Assembly: GCA_037142155.1 (NCBI GenBank)
Contig: JBAXBE010000005.1
Coordinates: 6,171 to 70,170, forward strand
DNA length: 64,000 nt
Source: Chlorobiaceae bacterium
GTDB lineage: Bacteria > Bacteroidota > Chlorobiia > Chlorobiales > Chlorobiaceae
Reading direction: 5' to 3'
Each line of letters starts with the position of its first letter. Positions within the stretch are counted from its first letter, which is position 1. Both the position numbers and the translations under genes were made by a program. The notes under the pieces are model-generated. The model saw nothing but the letters and a program-made list of their open reading frames with translations, searched no databases and was not told the origin of the DNA. Positions 1 through 10,780 of the stretch are shown here, piece after piece.

Positions 1-317
1 GCCACTACCCGGCTCCCGACATGTTCCGGGCCCAGATGCTGACCATGATCTCCATTCCCGTGCACATCAGAGCCTCAATACTCGGGTTATTGAACGTGAA
101 GGCCCGGTTTCAGGTCACACCAAAGGGCGGTTCAAAGACGCTTCCCTACCCTCTCCTCTGGGCGCAGCTCTTGCTCTGGGGAGTGCACGTCTCCGCTTTG
201 ACCTGGGGGGTTATGCGGCTTTACTACGAGCACAACCTTGCCGTCGGCTTGAACGTGCTGTGGGTCGGCGTGCATTTTATCATGTTCAGCAGCATTTTTT
301 ATTTCAACAGGGAATGA
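1..317 (+). CDS. C-terminal fragment of a GT2 processive beta-glycosyltransferase (cellulose-synthase-like); the gene starts upstream of the window
   Basis: The frame is open to the window edge. FQVTPKGG matches the FxVTxKG motif found after the catalytic core of BcsA/CelA-type synthases and is followed by hydrophobic helices. The stop overlaps the next start (ATGA at 314-317). Confidence 0.5.
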   Translation, partial: HYPAPDMFRAQMLTMISIPVHIRASILGLLNVKARFQVTPKGGSKTLPYPLLWAQLLLWGVHVSALTWGVMRLYYEHNLAVGLNVLWVGVHFIMFSSIFYFNRE

Positions 318-1444
318 AAACACTCCTTCTTCTCTTGCTCTTGAGCGTGCTTCAGCTCCCCATGAGCTCTGGCGCCGGGGCAACGCCTCAGCCTGACGAA
401 ATTCTTCGCGGGTCGTGGAGCCACTACCGGAAGACATTTATTCGCAGCGGGCGGGTGGTGAGGCCGGAAAACAGGTACGACACGGTCTCAGAGGCTCAGG
501 CATACGGAATGCTCCGGGCCGTCGTGATGCGTGACAGAAAAACGTTTGACGAATGCTTTGCATGGACGGAATCGAACCTGTCGCGGAAGGAGTCAAAAGG
601 CGACCGCCTGCTTGCCTGGCACTACGTAAACGGTGCTGTCGAGGATACGGCAGCTGCGGCAGACGCTGATCTGGATTATGCCCTCAGCCTTCTGCTCGCC
701 TACAAGACCTGGCATGAGGAGCGCTACATGGAGAGTGCACGAGGGGTGCTCGACTCAATCCTCAGCCACGAAACCCTGCGCAGCAAAGGGCGGCTCTACC
801 TTCTGCCCTGGCCGGCAAGCGGTGAATCGGGCACTGAACCCATCACCCAAAACCCCTCGTACTACTCCCCGCTTCACTTCAGGCTCTTTTACGAGGCAAC
901 CGGTGACCAGCGGTGGCAGGAGCTTCTGGACACAACATACTACCTCCTCTCAAACATCCAGCACTCTTTCAACCGGGTGAAAGGGAGCGGACTGGTACCC
1001 GACTGGTGCTCGATAGAAAGCCCCGGCGAAATTGTGCCCTACGCAGACAAGGGTGCCCTCTACGGCTGGGATGCGGTACGAGTCCCCCTGCGTATCGCTG
1101 CCGATTACTTCGTCACCGGTGACCGGCGCGCCTACGACGTCCTGAAAAAGTTTTCCGATGTCTTCGAGCTCGAAATGTCGGATCACGGGAAGCTTGCTCC
1201 AGGCTACGACTACTTCCGCAACCACCTCGGCCAGTTCGAGAGTCCGATTTTTTATTCGGCCGCCTATGCCGCGACCGCTGCAGTCAGCTCGCCTGCCGCT
1301 CCCATGGTTCTGGAGCGTCTGCACAGCTTTCTCATTCCGGATGGCGACAGCTACTATTATGTCAACCGTGAAGACTACTATGCCAACAGCATCTGCTGGC
1401 TCGCAGAGTACTATCTGAACAATCGAAACCCCCTCAACCCATGA
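314..1444 (+). CDS. Secreted glycoside hydrolase family 8 endoglucanase (BcsZ-like)
   Basis: Signal peptide MKTLLLLLLLSVLQLP. SEAQAYGML and AADADLDYALSLLLAYKTW closely fit the GH8 signature. The start was trimmed from the track ORF (260) to the ATG at 314, which overlaps the upstream stop. Confidence 0.75.
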   Translation: MKTLLLLLLLSVLQLPMSSGAGATPQPDEILRGSWSHYRKTFIRSGRVVRPENRYDTVSEAQAYGMLRAVVMRDRKTFDECFAWTESNLSRKESKGDRLLAWHYVNGAVEDTAAAADADLDYALSLLLAYKTWHEERYMESARGVLDSILSHETLRSKGRLYLLPWPASGESGTEPITQNPSYYSPLHFRLFYEATGDQRWQELLDTTYYLLSNIQHSFNRVKGSGLVPDWCSIESPGEIVPYADKGALYGWDAVRVPLRIAADYFVTGDRRAYDVLKKFSDVFELEMSDHGKLAPGYDYFRNHLGQFESPIFYSAAYAATAAVSSPAAPMVLERLHSFLIPDGDSYYYVNREDYYANSICWLAEYYLNNRNPLNP

Positions 1445-1680
1445 TTGCAAAAGAGGATCTCCTCCAGAAACTGACCCGTGCAATGAAATCGGAAGATGCC
1501 CTGATTTCGCTCTACACAAAGCACCTGCAGCGGGTAGCAGGATATTCCGCCCTGAAAAAGAGTGTCCAGCCGGAACTGGTCTCGATTCTTCAGAAGCTCA
1601 AGACGGAGTCTGAGGACCATGAATCAGCCATGATTGCACTCGAAGCATCAATAATCAAAAGCGACAGAAATGCTTACTGA
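1441..1680 (+). CDS. Small helical hypothetical protein (79 aa), paralog of the next ORF
   Basis: ATGA overlap with the GH8 stop. Predicted two-helix protein with an acidic E..H patch (TESEDHES). No family recognised. Confidence 0.5.
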   Translation: MIAKEDLLQKLTRAMKSEDALISLYTKHLQRVAGYSALKKSVQPELVSILQKLKTESEDHESAMIALEASIIKSDRNAY

Positions 1681-1870
1681 AACGGATTTTCTCGGTTTTT
1701 TCAACTCCATGATGAAGATCGAACTGCATCAGCGGAACCTCTACCACGAGCTTGCCCTCCAGCTTGATGACCCTGAAATCAGCGCACTTATGGAGAGTAT
1801 CAGCCATGAAGAGCAGTCACACATGGATCTGGTGCAGCAGATGATCGACCTTGTGTCCGGGATGAGCTGA
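1670..1870 (+). CDS. Small helical hypothetical protein (66 aa), weakly ferritin/rubrerythrin-like
   Basis: 11-nt overlap with the previous ORF. Same helix-loop-helix pattern, with an ExxH motif (HEEQSH). Confidence 0.5.
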   Translation: MLTETDFLGFFNSMMKIELHQRNLYHELALQLDDPEISALMESISHEEQSHMDLVQQMIDLVSGMS

Positions 1871-1987
1871 CTCCATCAATTCATTGTTTTTTGCCCTCCC
1901 TCCCTTCATCTCCGGCCCGAAGTTCGGGCAAGGCAGATTATTAACACTATCAAACTAAGCTCACTTTTCGTAAATTGGCAAAACTGA

Positions 1988-3511
<1,524 letters not shown>

Positions 3512-3534
3512 GACCAACAAGAGTACCACCAAAT

Positions 3535-3564
3535 AAAAAACCCCGGCAATTCCCGGGGTTTTTT
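3535..3564. terminator. Bidirectional rho-independent terminator between convergent guaB and bchH
   Basis: AAAAAA-CCCCGG-caattc-CCGGGG-TTTTTT, a perfect 6-bp GC stem flanked by an A6 run and a T6 run. Confidence 0.85.
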
Positions 3565-3595
3565 ATTTGAGCCTTGTCTGAAGCCTTATTCGGGC

Positions 3596-6500
3596 TTATT
3601 CGTCATCTGTCATGCCTTCGAGGCGATCCTCAAGATCGGCGTAGATCTCCTGGAGCTCGTTGATCATGTCCTGGTCGGCCTTCCACATTCCCCTGCCGTG
3701 GGCCTCAAGCATCCTGCCGACAATATTCTTGATGGCCTGCGGGTTGAGGGTGGCAAGGCGTTCGCGCATGTTCGGGTCCAAGGCATAGGTCTCGGCAGTC
3801 TTTTTGTAGACCCAGTCATCAACGCTCTTGGTGACAGCGTCCCAGCCGAGCATGTAGGTGACGCGGTTGCTGATCTCTCCTGCGCCACTGTGGCCGTGCT
3901 TGAGCATCCCTTCAAACCACTTCGGGTTGAGGAGCTTCGAGCGGTACTCGATACGGAGCGATTTGTCGGCATCGTCTACCTTGATATCGGAGGTGAATGA
4001 CTCGACATAGTTCAGCTTGACCTCACCGCCGGCCCGCGTGTTGCGGCGCCTTGCGGCAAGCTGCAGTGATCCGGAGGATGAGAAGTAGTGATCGATGTCG
4101 GAGATGCCGAACTCGGTGGAGTCGACCTGGTGGACGACACGGTCAACCGAGCCGAGCATCTGCTGCAGGATCTCGGTCTGCTTCTCCCCTTTTCTGTTGC
4201 CGCCGTATGCACTACTGTTGCGGCGAATGAAGAGGTCGTCAAGATCACTTTCGTTTTCCCATGCAGAATCCTCGATCATGTCATCGACGTAGGTACCGTA
4301 GGCACCCGGAGCCTGAGTGAACTGCCGTGAAGTGGCGGTTTCAAAATCCATGCCGGAGGCAACCGATTCATCGACATGTTTTTTGACATAGTTCATCTCA
4401 ATCGGCTCGTCAGCCTTGGCTGCATCCTTGACCAGCTTGTCGAGCTGATCCATGAGCAGGCCGAAGGCGTCGCGGAAGATCGGGCTGAGCTGCAGAAGAA
4501 CGTCGATGCGCGGCCTCTTGAGCTTCTCCAAAGGCACCAGACCGTAGTGGCTAATCTTGCTGAAGGCGTCGTAAGCGGGCTCTGCGCCGAGGAGCCTGAT
4601 GCAGACGGCAACGGCTTCACCCTTGGTTTTGATGGTATCCAGACCCCAGAGCACCTGTGCTATGGTTTCGGGATAGTGGCCCTCATTCTCTTCAAGATGC
4701 TTCTTGAGGATGCTCTCGGCAATGAGTGTTCCACGCTTGAAGGCGAGCTCGGAAGGGATCCTCCATGGATCGATGGAGTGGATGTTCCTGCCGGAAGGGA
4801 GCACATTGACGCCGTCGCGCACAAGGTCCCCGCCAGGTCCCGAGGAGATGTAGCGACCGTCGAGTACCTTCATGAGCGACTCCATCTCTCCGGTGTTGTC
4901 GCGAAGTGCGGCAAGCAGCTGGAATCCCTCGCCGGTAATCTGTTCAATGAATGCCTGAGGGTCACCGGAGAGGCGGGCTCCGCCGGTAATTGAAGCAAAG
5001 ACCGCCAGAGGGTTCTTCCTGTCGAAAAGCGACTGCTGGACGAAATCCCTGCAGGACTGCTCGAGCCATTCGCGCAGGCGGATAGCCTCCTCTTCACCCT
5101 TTCTGGAGAGCAGGGCGAGCTCCTCATAGCTCTTGTAGTGGCCATTCTTGCCTGCATTCGCCATAATGAGGGATGGCAGCGTCAGGCCCCCCTCTCCGCG
5201 ATTCTTCAAGGTCTCGGTAACGGTAATGATCTGGGCCTCGAGCGGGCTGGCCTCACCGAAGACATGGAGCGAGTTGGAGATAAGGCGGTTTTCAAGCTCG
5301 GTGATGTAGATGTAGAGGCGGCTGACAAATTCAGTAAACGGCTCACCCTCCCTGCGCGGACAGTCATCGGTAAGGTTGAGCAGCTCAGCTTTCTGCATGA
5401 TTGCTTCCTCGATGCCTGATGCGTCTCCTGATGCCTCATGGGTGGCACCAAGGTTGCTCTCGCGGAAATCGGAAAGAAGGTCCTTCAGGGCAGGAAGCTC
5501 CTTGTAGAGACCGGCACGCGACAGCGGCGGAACGACATGCGATACCATCGTGGCCAGACCGCGGCGTTTGGCAATGGTCGATTCGCTCGGGTTGTTGATC
5601 GGGTAGATATAGAAATGCGGGACCTCGCCAAGCAGCGCATCCGGCCAGCAGTCGCCGGTAAGGCCTGTCTGGAGGCCGGGCATCCACTCGACCGAGCCGT
5701 GCATGCCGACATGCACGAGGGCGTGAGCCTGAAACTCGCGGCTGATCCAGCGGTAGAAGGCGATGTACTGATGGTGCGGGGTGTTCGACTTGTCGAAGAG
5801 CAGCTTCATCGGGTCACCGCAAACGCCCATGCGGGGCTGAACGCCAATGAAGATATTGCCGAACTTCAAGCCGCCAATGAAGACGTCGTTCTCGCCCATC
5901 GGCACAATCTCGCCCGGGAATTTCTGCCAGCGGTCCTCGATGCGTTCGCGCTCCCGTGAGGTGGTGAGCTCCTTGAACTGCTCGTAGCTGACCTTGATGG
6001 CGTCAGGCTTGTTCTGCTGGATCTGATGGTCGGTCGCCTTGTCGATAGCCTGGAAAAGCTCTTCCGCGCTATCCGGCAGCTGGCCGACATTGTAACCCTC
6101 TTTTTTCAGGCGCTGGAGAATGGCAAGAAGGGTTCTGGGCACGTCAAGCAGAGCAGCACTGGCTTTCTTGCCGAGTCCGGGAGGATAGTCGTAAACAACA
6201 AAGGCAAGCTTCTTGTCGCGGTTGGAGGCGGCACGAAGACGGAGCCACTGCTTTGCAAGCAGCGCGAGACGGTCGATACGCTCCGGTACGGTTTCAATCT
6301 TGCCGTCCTGCAGTGCACCGAGAATGACAGGGCTGATGGCGCCATCCATCTCGGGGATGGAGTAGGTGAAGGTCATCTGCATCGGCGAGACGCCCAGCTC
6401 ATGCCACGACTCGAAGCCCTGGGTCAACAGAGGCTGCGCAACGATGTAGGGGGTATCGAGCTTTTCCATGATCTCGCTGCGCGCTTCGGCAGCGGTTCCG

Positions 6501-7429
6501 GGCTTGGTCGAACCCGCTGGACCGCCGACAAGGCCGAAGCCCATCATGTTGATTAAAAGATCGATCTTCTCTTTGACAAGCCAGTCGCGAACCAGCACAT
6601 GGCCCTCAACACCCATCACAAATGAGGGGTAGAGATTGAGCCCGTTTTTCTCAAGCACGCGGATGGTGTTGTCGATATAGGTCTTTTCCTGCAGAAGGTG
6701 CTTGCGGAAGAAGAGGAGGCCGACACTCTGGCCCTTGTCGAGGTTCACCCCTCTTTTTTTCTGCCACTGCTTGTAGCTCTTTACATCCTTGAAATAGGCC
6801 GGTGAGTCGGGATGGTAGATACCCATGTTCGGCACGTCGACAATCGGAGCCACATTGACTTTCTCATCGAAGTATTCGCGCAGGATCAGGCGGAACATGT
6901 TGGCAATATTCTCCGGCAGCGGCTGGAGCCAGTAGGAGTAGACCATGAGCCAGTTCTTGAAGTCCTTGGCCTTGTTCGGCACAAGAGGCAGAATGGTCCG
7001 CATGATCTTCATCAGCTTCATGTAGCCGTAGAGGGCATCCTCGTCACGGCCCTTTACCAGCATCTTGGCAACATTCTTGACCATGTCGGGCATGCCGGAC
7101 TTGCCGTCGCCGACCGAGTAGCTGCCGACTTTCGTGAGCGACATGGCTTCGGGCATCGACTCGAAGATGAAGATGGTCTTCTCGTTGGTTCCCTGACTGA
7201 GCTGTTCCTTGAACCAGTCGATCTGCTCCTTGAAATTGATCATGCTCATGAAGACACAGTCAGCTTCCCTGATAGCTGTGGCGGCATCAGGGTTCTGTTT
7301 TTCAAGATCGACATCACTCCACTGCGTGAGCTCAGCATCCTTGTCAAGAAGCCCCTTTATCTTTTTCCAGAGTCCTGCATTGTACTGCTCAAGACCTACA
7401 ATAGCTGCAATTTTACGACGATTAAGCAT
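3596..7429 (-). CDS. bchH: Magnesium chelatase large (H) subunit, one of the BchH/BchS/BchT paralogs
   Basis: 1277-aa CobN/BchH-family protein directly downstream of bchI-bchD. Synteny with bchID resembles the BchT-type paralog of Chlorobaculum tepidum, recalled from memory and not verified. Confidence 0.9.
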   Translation of the reverse strand: MLNRRKIAAIVGLEQYNAGLWKKIKGLLDKDAELTQWSDVDLEKQNPDAATAIREADCVFMSMINFKEQIDWFKEQLSQGTNEKTIFIFESMPEAMSLTKVGSYSVGDGKSGMPDMVKNVAKMLVKGRDEDALYGYMKLMKIMRTILPLVPNKAKDFKNWLMVYSYWLQPLPENIANMFRLILREYFDEKVNVAPIVDVPNMGIYHPDSPAYFKDVKSYKQWQKKRGVNLDKGQSVGLLFFRKHLLQEKTYIDNTIRVLEKNGLNLYPSFVMGVEGHVLVRDWLVKEKIDLLINMMGFGLVGGPAGSTKPGTAAEARSEIMEKLDTPYIVAQPLLTQGFESWHELGVSPMQMTFTYSIPEMDGAISPVILGALQDGKIETVPERIDRLALLAKQWLRLRAASNRDKKLAFVVYDYPPGLGKKASAALLDVPRTLLAILQRLKKEGYNVGQLPDSAEELFQAIDKATDHQIQQNKPDAIKVSYEQFKELTTSRERERIEDRWQKFPGEIVPMGENDVFIGGLKFGNIFIGVQPRMGVCGDPMKLLFDKSNTPHHQYIAFYRWISREFQAHALVHVGMHGSVEWMPGLQTGLTGDCWPDALLGEVPHFYIYPINNPSESTIAKRRGLATMVSHVVPPLSRAGLYKELPALKDLLSDFRESNLGATHEASGDASGIEEAIMQKAELLNLTDDCPRREGEPFTEFVSRLYIYITELENRLISNSLHVFGEASPLEAQIITVTETLKNRGEGGLTLPSLIMANAGKNGHYKSYEELALLSRKGEEEAIRLREWLEQSCRDFVQQSLFDRKNPLAVFASITGGARLSGDPQAFIEQITGEGFQLLAALRDNTGEMESLMKVLDGRYISSGPGGDLVRDGVNVLPSGRNIHSIDPWRIPSELAFKRGTLIAESILKKHLEENEGHYPETIAQVLWGLDTIKTKGEAVAVCIRLLGAEPAYDAFSKISHYGLVPLEKLKRPRIDVLLQLSPIFRDAFGLLMDQLDKLVKDAAKADEPIEMNYVKKHVDESVASGMDFETATSRQFTQAPGAYGTYVDDMIEDSAWENESDLDDLFIRRNSSAYGGNRKGEKQTEILQQMLGSVDRVVHQVDSTEFGISDIDHYFSSSGSLQLAARRRNTRAGGEVKLNYVESFTSDIKVDDADKSLRIEYRSKLLNPKWFEGMLKHGHSGAGEISNRVTYMLGWDAVTKSVDDWVYKKTAETYALDPNMRERLATLNPQAIKNIVGRMLEAHGRGMWKADQDMINELQEIYADLEDRLEGMTDDE

Positions 7430-7557
7430 GGCATGGGAGGGATAATAATGGCATTAGCTGGTATTGTATTATTACGTATACAACTAATGAATGAAGACGG
7501 TTAATAATTCCTGAAAGAGGCACCCCCGGCATTCCCCGCCGGGAGTGTCTTCTGAAA

Positions 7558-9414
7558 TCAGAAGCTCAAAGCAGCTTCGACAATCTGGTCAGCCTTTGCG
7601 TTCGGCAGATAGAAATAGCGACCACCAAGCTTCTGCGCCAGCTTCGGCGCTTCCCCTCTTGAGAGGTAGTTCATCTGAGTATCGATAACGATAGCGGCAA
7701 TGCCATCGGCCTGTATGGAGAGCGAGAGAGACTCAATTTCCTGCTCAATCAGCTCTTTGGATGCTTTTTCGGCGTTAGGATCATAGGCGGCCTGAAGCCC
7801 CATGTTGCCGCGTCCGTCGGTGATCATTACGAACATTATCTGCGTGATCCCTTTGGTGCGGGCCTGCTTTGCGGTCTCCCATCCGAGAAAGAGCGCGGAT
7901 GCGAGCGGAGTGCCTCCGCCGGTCGGCAGGACGTCAAGCTCGCGCTTGGCACGATCAACGCTCTGTGAAGGCGGAAGAAGGACCTGCGCCTGTTTTCCGC
8001 GGAAGGAGATGAGCGCAACCTGGTCACGATGGACATAGGCGTTCTGCAGAAGGCTTGCCACCGCGCCCTTGGCCTGGCGCATGCGGTTGAGGGCCATCGA
8101 TCCGGATGCATCGACCATGAAGATAAAGAGCGTGCCGGACTTGTCGCGGAAGCGCTTGATCTTCACGTCATCCTTGGTGATGATGAGGGCAGTTTTGGGC
8201 CGTCCCGCCATCTTTTTGTCGTTCTTTCGTGTCTCCTGCCAGGGGGCCGCAGAGATGAGGGTCGGAATGAGCGCAACCTTTCCGCTGCGCATCTCGCCAG
8301 GCTGTGCCCTGACGAATCGGCCTCGCTTGTTGTTGAGCGCTTCGCCGCGGCTGCCGGATTTGGCCTTCTTCTTCGAGGCGAGCGAAATATTGAGAATGTT
8401 GTCGGGAAGCTCGGTTTCGATGGCATCCATCATGAGCTCCTCGAGCATGTCGGGCTCCTCCTCCTGCTCCTCTTCGGCATCGGCATCGGGAGTATCGGCT
8501 GGTGCCTCCTCGTCCTCGGCTTCCTGCTCCTCTTCCGGAGGGGGCTCCTCCTGCGGGGGCATCTCTTCCGATTCCTGCTCGCGCTCGGGCATGCGGGTGG
8601 CGCGGGGAATGAGCACGAGCTTGATGGCAAGCTTCATGTCCTCTTCCTCGACATCGGTACGCTGGGCAAGCGCTGCGCTGGCCAGTGCGGCTCGAACAGT
8701 AAAGATGTCGGCACGGTTTCCTTCAACACCAAGGCTGAGCGCGGTCTGCACAAGCGCCTGCATCTGCTCTTTGGTGATGGAGACGTGATGCAGCTGCTCT
8801 TTTGCCGCCTGGATGATACCGGAAAGCATCTTGAGCTCATCACGGGTATCTTCCAGATCGCGTTCGCCAAGGACGGTGCTGACGATCTTCTTTCGCGCCC
8901 TGTAATCGTTATTGGCGGTAAAAGGCACAATGATGCCTATCCTGTCGAGCAGTCCCATGCGAACCTCTCCGTCGGTCGGGTCGTAGGTGCCGACCAGCAT
9001 GAACTTTGCCGGGTGCACTTCGCTGAGCCCTTCGCGCTCGACAAGGACCTCGCCGCGCGAGATGGCGTCCATGATGTGCGATACCGCCGAACTGTCGAGC
9101 AGGCTGAGCGAGTCGACGTAGAGCACGCCGCCGTCAGCCTTCGAGAGCACGCCGTGCTGAACGACGCGAACGCCGCTGGCAAGGGTTGCCTCAAGGTCGA
9201 CGCCGCCGATCAGCCGGTCTTCGGTTACGTTCAGAGGGAGTTCCACAAAGGGGGTGCCTTCAGGGAGAATGTCTGCAAATGCTCTTGCCAGTGTCGATTT
9301 TCCCGACCCTACCGCTGAAGGGATGACAACGCCGCCAAGTTCAGAATCAACGGCCAGAAGCATGAGTGCCTGCTTGGCCAGATCCATTCCTACGATATCG
9401 GTAAAAGCTATCAT
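7558..9414 (-). CDS. bchD: Magnesium chelatase D subunit
   Basis: N-terminal AAA+-like domain, an acidic/proline-rich linker (EEMPPQEEPPPEEEQEAEDEE), and a C-terminal vWA domain with the MIDAS motif DASGSM. The start shares one base with the bchI stop (TAATG). Confidence 0.95.
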   Translation of the reverse strand: MIAFTDIVGMDLAKQALMLLAVDSELGGVVIPSAVGSGKSTLARAFADILPEGTPFVELPLNVTEDRLIGGVDLEATLASGVRVVQHGVLSKADGGVLYVDSLSLLDSSAVSHIMDAISRGEVLVEREGLSEVHPAKFMLVGTYDPTDGEVRMGLLDRIGIIVPFTANNDYRARKKIVSTVLGERDLEDTRDELKMLSGIIQAAKEQLHHVSITKEQMQALVQTALSLGVEGNRADIFTVRAALASAALAQRTDVEEEDMKLAIKLVLIPRATRMPEREQESEEMPPQEEPPPEEEQEAEDEEAPADTPDADAEEEQEEEPDMLEELMMDAIETELPDNILNISLASKKKAKSGSRGEALNNKRGRFVRAQPGEMRSGKVALIPTLISAAPWQETRKNDKKMAGRPKTALIITKDDVKIKRFRDKSGTLFIFMVDASGSMALNRMRQAKGAVASLLQNAYVHRDQVALISFRGKQAQVLLPPSQSVDRAKRELDVLPTGGGTPLASALFLGWETAKQARTKGITQIMFVMITDGRGNMGLQAAYDPNAEKASKELIEQEIESLSLSIQADGIAAIVIDTQMNYLSRGEAPKLAQKLGGRYFYLPNAKADQIVEAALSF

Positions 9415-10604
9415 TATACTGCTTCTGCTTCTCCAAGTACTTTTGCGAGTTCACGATCAATTTTTTCACCAGCGTCAAGTGTTTCGAGCGGATCCTTGCG
9501 CAGGCGGTGGCGCAGGCAGAGTCCGGCAATCTCCTTGACATGCTTCATGGTCACGACCTTCTGACCGAGGAATGCCGCATGGGCGTGGGCGGTACGGGTA
9601 ATGGTAAGCTCACCGCGGTGGCCGTCGATACCGAGGTTCATGCAGAGCCTGGCGATATCGGTCAGTACATTGTCGTCCATGGTTACCTCGGGAAGCAGCT
9701 CCTTTGCGGTCTGAATCTTCTTCTGAAGCTTCAGCTGCTCGCGGTTGTACTTCTTCATGAATGCATCGGGATCCTCGTCGAACTCACGGCGACGCTTGAC
9801 GATATCGACCCTTTTGGCGACATCAAGAATGGTGATGATGCGGGCATGCAGACCGAAACGGTCGAGAAGCTGCGGGCGGAGCTCGCCTTCCTCGGGGTTT
9901 CCGGAACCGACAAGCACGAAACGGGCTGGGTGGCGGATGCTGATACCTTCGCGCTCGACAACGTTCTTGCCGCTGGCGGCAACGTCAAGCAGCACGTCAA
10001 CAAGGTGATCATCGAGAAGGTTGACCTCGTCGATGTAGAGAAAGCCGCGGTTTGCCTGGGCAAGAAGGCCCGGCTCGAAAGCCTTGACGCCGCTGGTAAG
10101 CGCCTGCTCGATATCGATGGTTCCGCAAACGCGGTCCTCGGTGGCGCCGAGCGGAAGGTCGACAACAGGCACAGGGATTTTCTCAGTCTTGAGGGAGGCT
10201 GCATCAAGCGCCTTCTGTCCCTTTTTAAGCTCTTCGCCCTCGACAAACTCCTCAACCGTGCGGTTGTAGGTATCGCCCTGGACTCTTTCAATCAGCGGAA
10301 GCACTTCGGCAAGCGCACGAACGGTGGTACTTTTTCCGGTACCGCGGTGACCCATGACGAGGACGCCGCCGATACGCGGATCAATAATATTGAGGATCAG
10401 ACTCAGCTTCATCTCCTCCTGACCGACAATGGCGGTAAAAGGAAATGCCAGACCGGACTTCTTCTTTCCGGCGGGCTTTGCTACTGGCTTCGGCGCGGGG
10501 GGCGCAGTCACCGTCGGAGCCGCCTTAGCCTTTGGTGCAACAGTTTTCTTGGCGACAGGCTTCTTCGCAGCAATTTTTTTTCCAGCTTTTTCAGTCTGAG
10601 TCAT
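9414..10604 (-). CDS. bchI: Magnesium chelatase I subunit (AAA+ ATPase) with a Lys/Ala/Pro-rich N-terminal extension
   Basis: FPFTAIVGQEEMK, Walker A GHRGTGKST and Walker B LYIDEVNLL. The start is uncertain: ATG at 10604 is chosen, and the track ORF begins at a TTG at 10655. Confidence 0.93.
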   Translation of the reverse strand: MTQTEKAGKKIAAKKPVAKKTVAPKAKAAPTVTAPPAPKPVAKPAGKKKSGLAFPFTAIVGQEEMKLSLILNIIDPRIGGVLVMGHRGTGKSTTVRALAEVLPLIERVQGDTYNRTVEEFVEGEELKKGQKALDAASLKTEKIPVPVVDLPLGATEDRVCGTIDIEQALTSGVKAFEPGLLAQANRGFLYIDEVNLLDDHLVDVLLDVAASGKNVVEREGISIRHPARFVLVGSGNPEEGELRPQLLDRFGLHARIITILDVAKRVDIVKRRREFDEDPDAFMKKYNREQLKLQKKIQTAKELLPEVTMDDNVLTDIARLCMNLGIDGHRGELTITRTAHAHAAFLGQKVVTMKHVKEIAGLCLRHRLRKDPLETLDAGEKIDRELAKVLGEAEAV

Positions 10605-10780
10605 AATTGATCGTTTGGTTGTCACCTTCAGCCCTTGAAGCATGAACTCGTTCAACGGAAAAGGCTTACTGTTTTAAAGATTATTAATGATAGACTCTGA
10701 ATTTATGCTTTTAAAAAGACAATAGAAAATGGTTTTCATAAACTGTACCGGGCCAATCTTTATTTGATTATTGACTGCCT

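Noticed and set aside
8029-9318. Very long antisense ORFs opposite real genes. Examples are 8029..9318 opposite bchD, 11207..12616 opposite lpd, 12321..13472 opposite rluD, 9507..10610 opposite bchI, 17459..18361 opposite the ABC-F gene, 42724..43605 opposite rarA and 44287..45312 opposite ribE/tpx.
   Set aside because: Their translations are low-complexity and Arg/Gly/Ala/His-rich with no recognisable motifs. The opposite strand encodes unmistakable conserved proteins. These are shadow ORFs typical of GC-rich codon usage.
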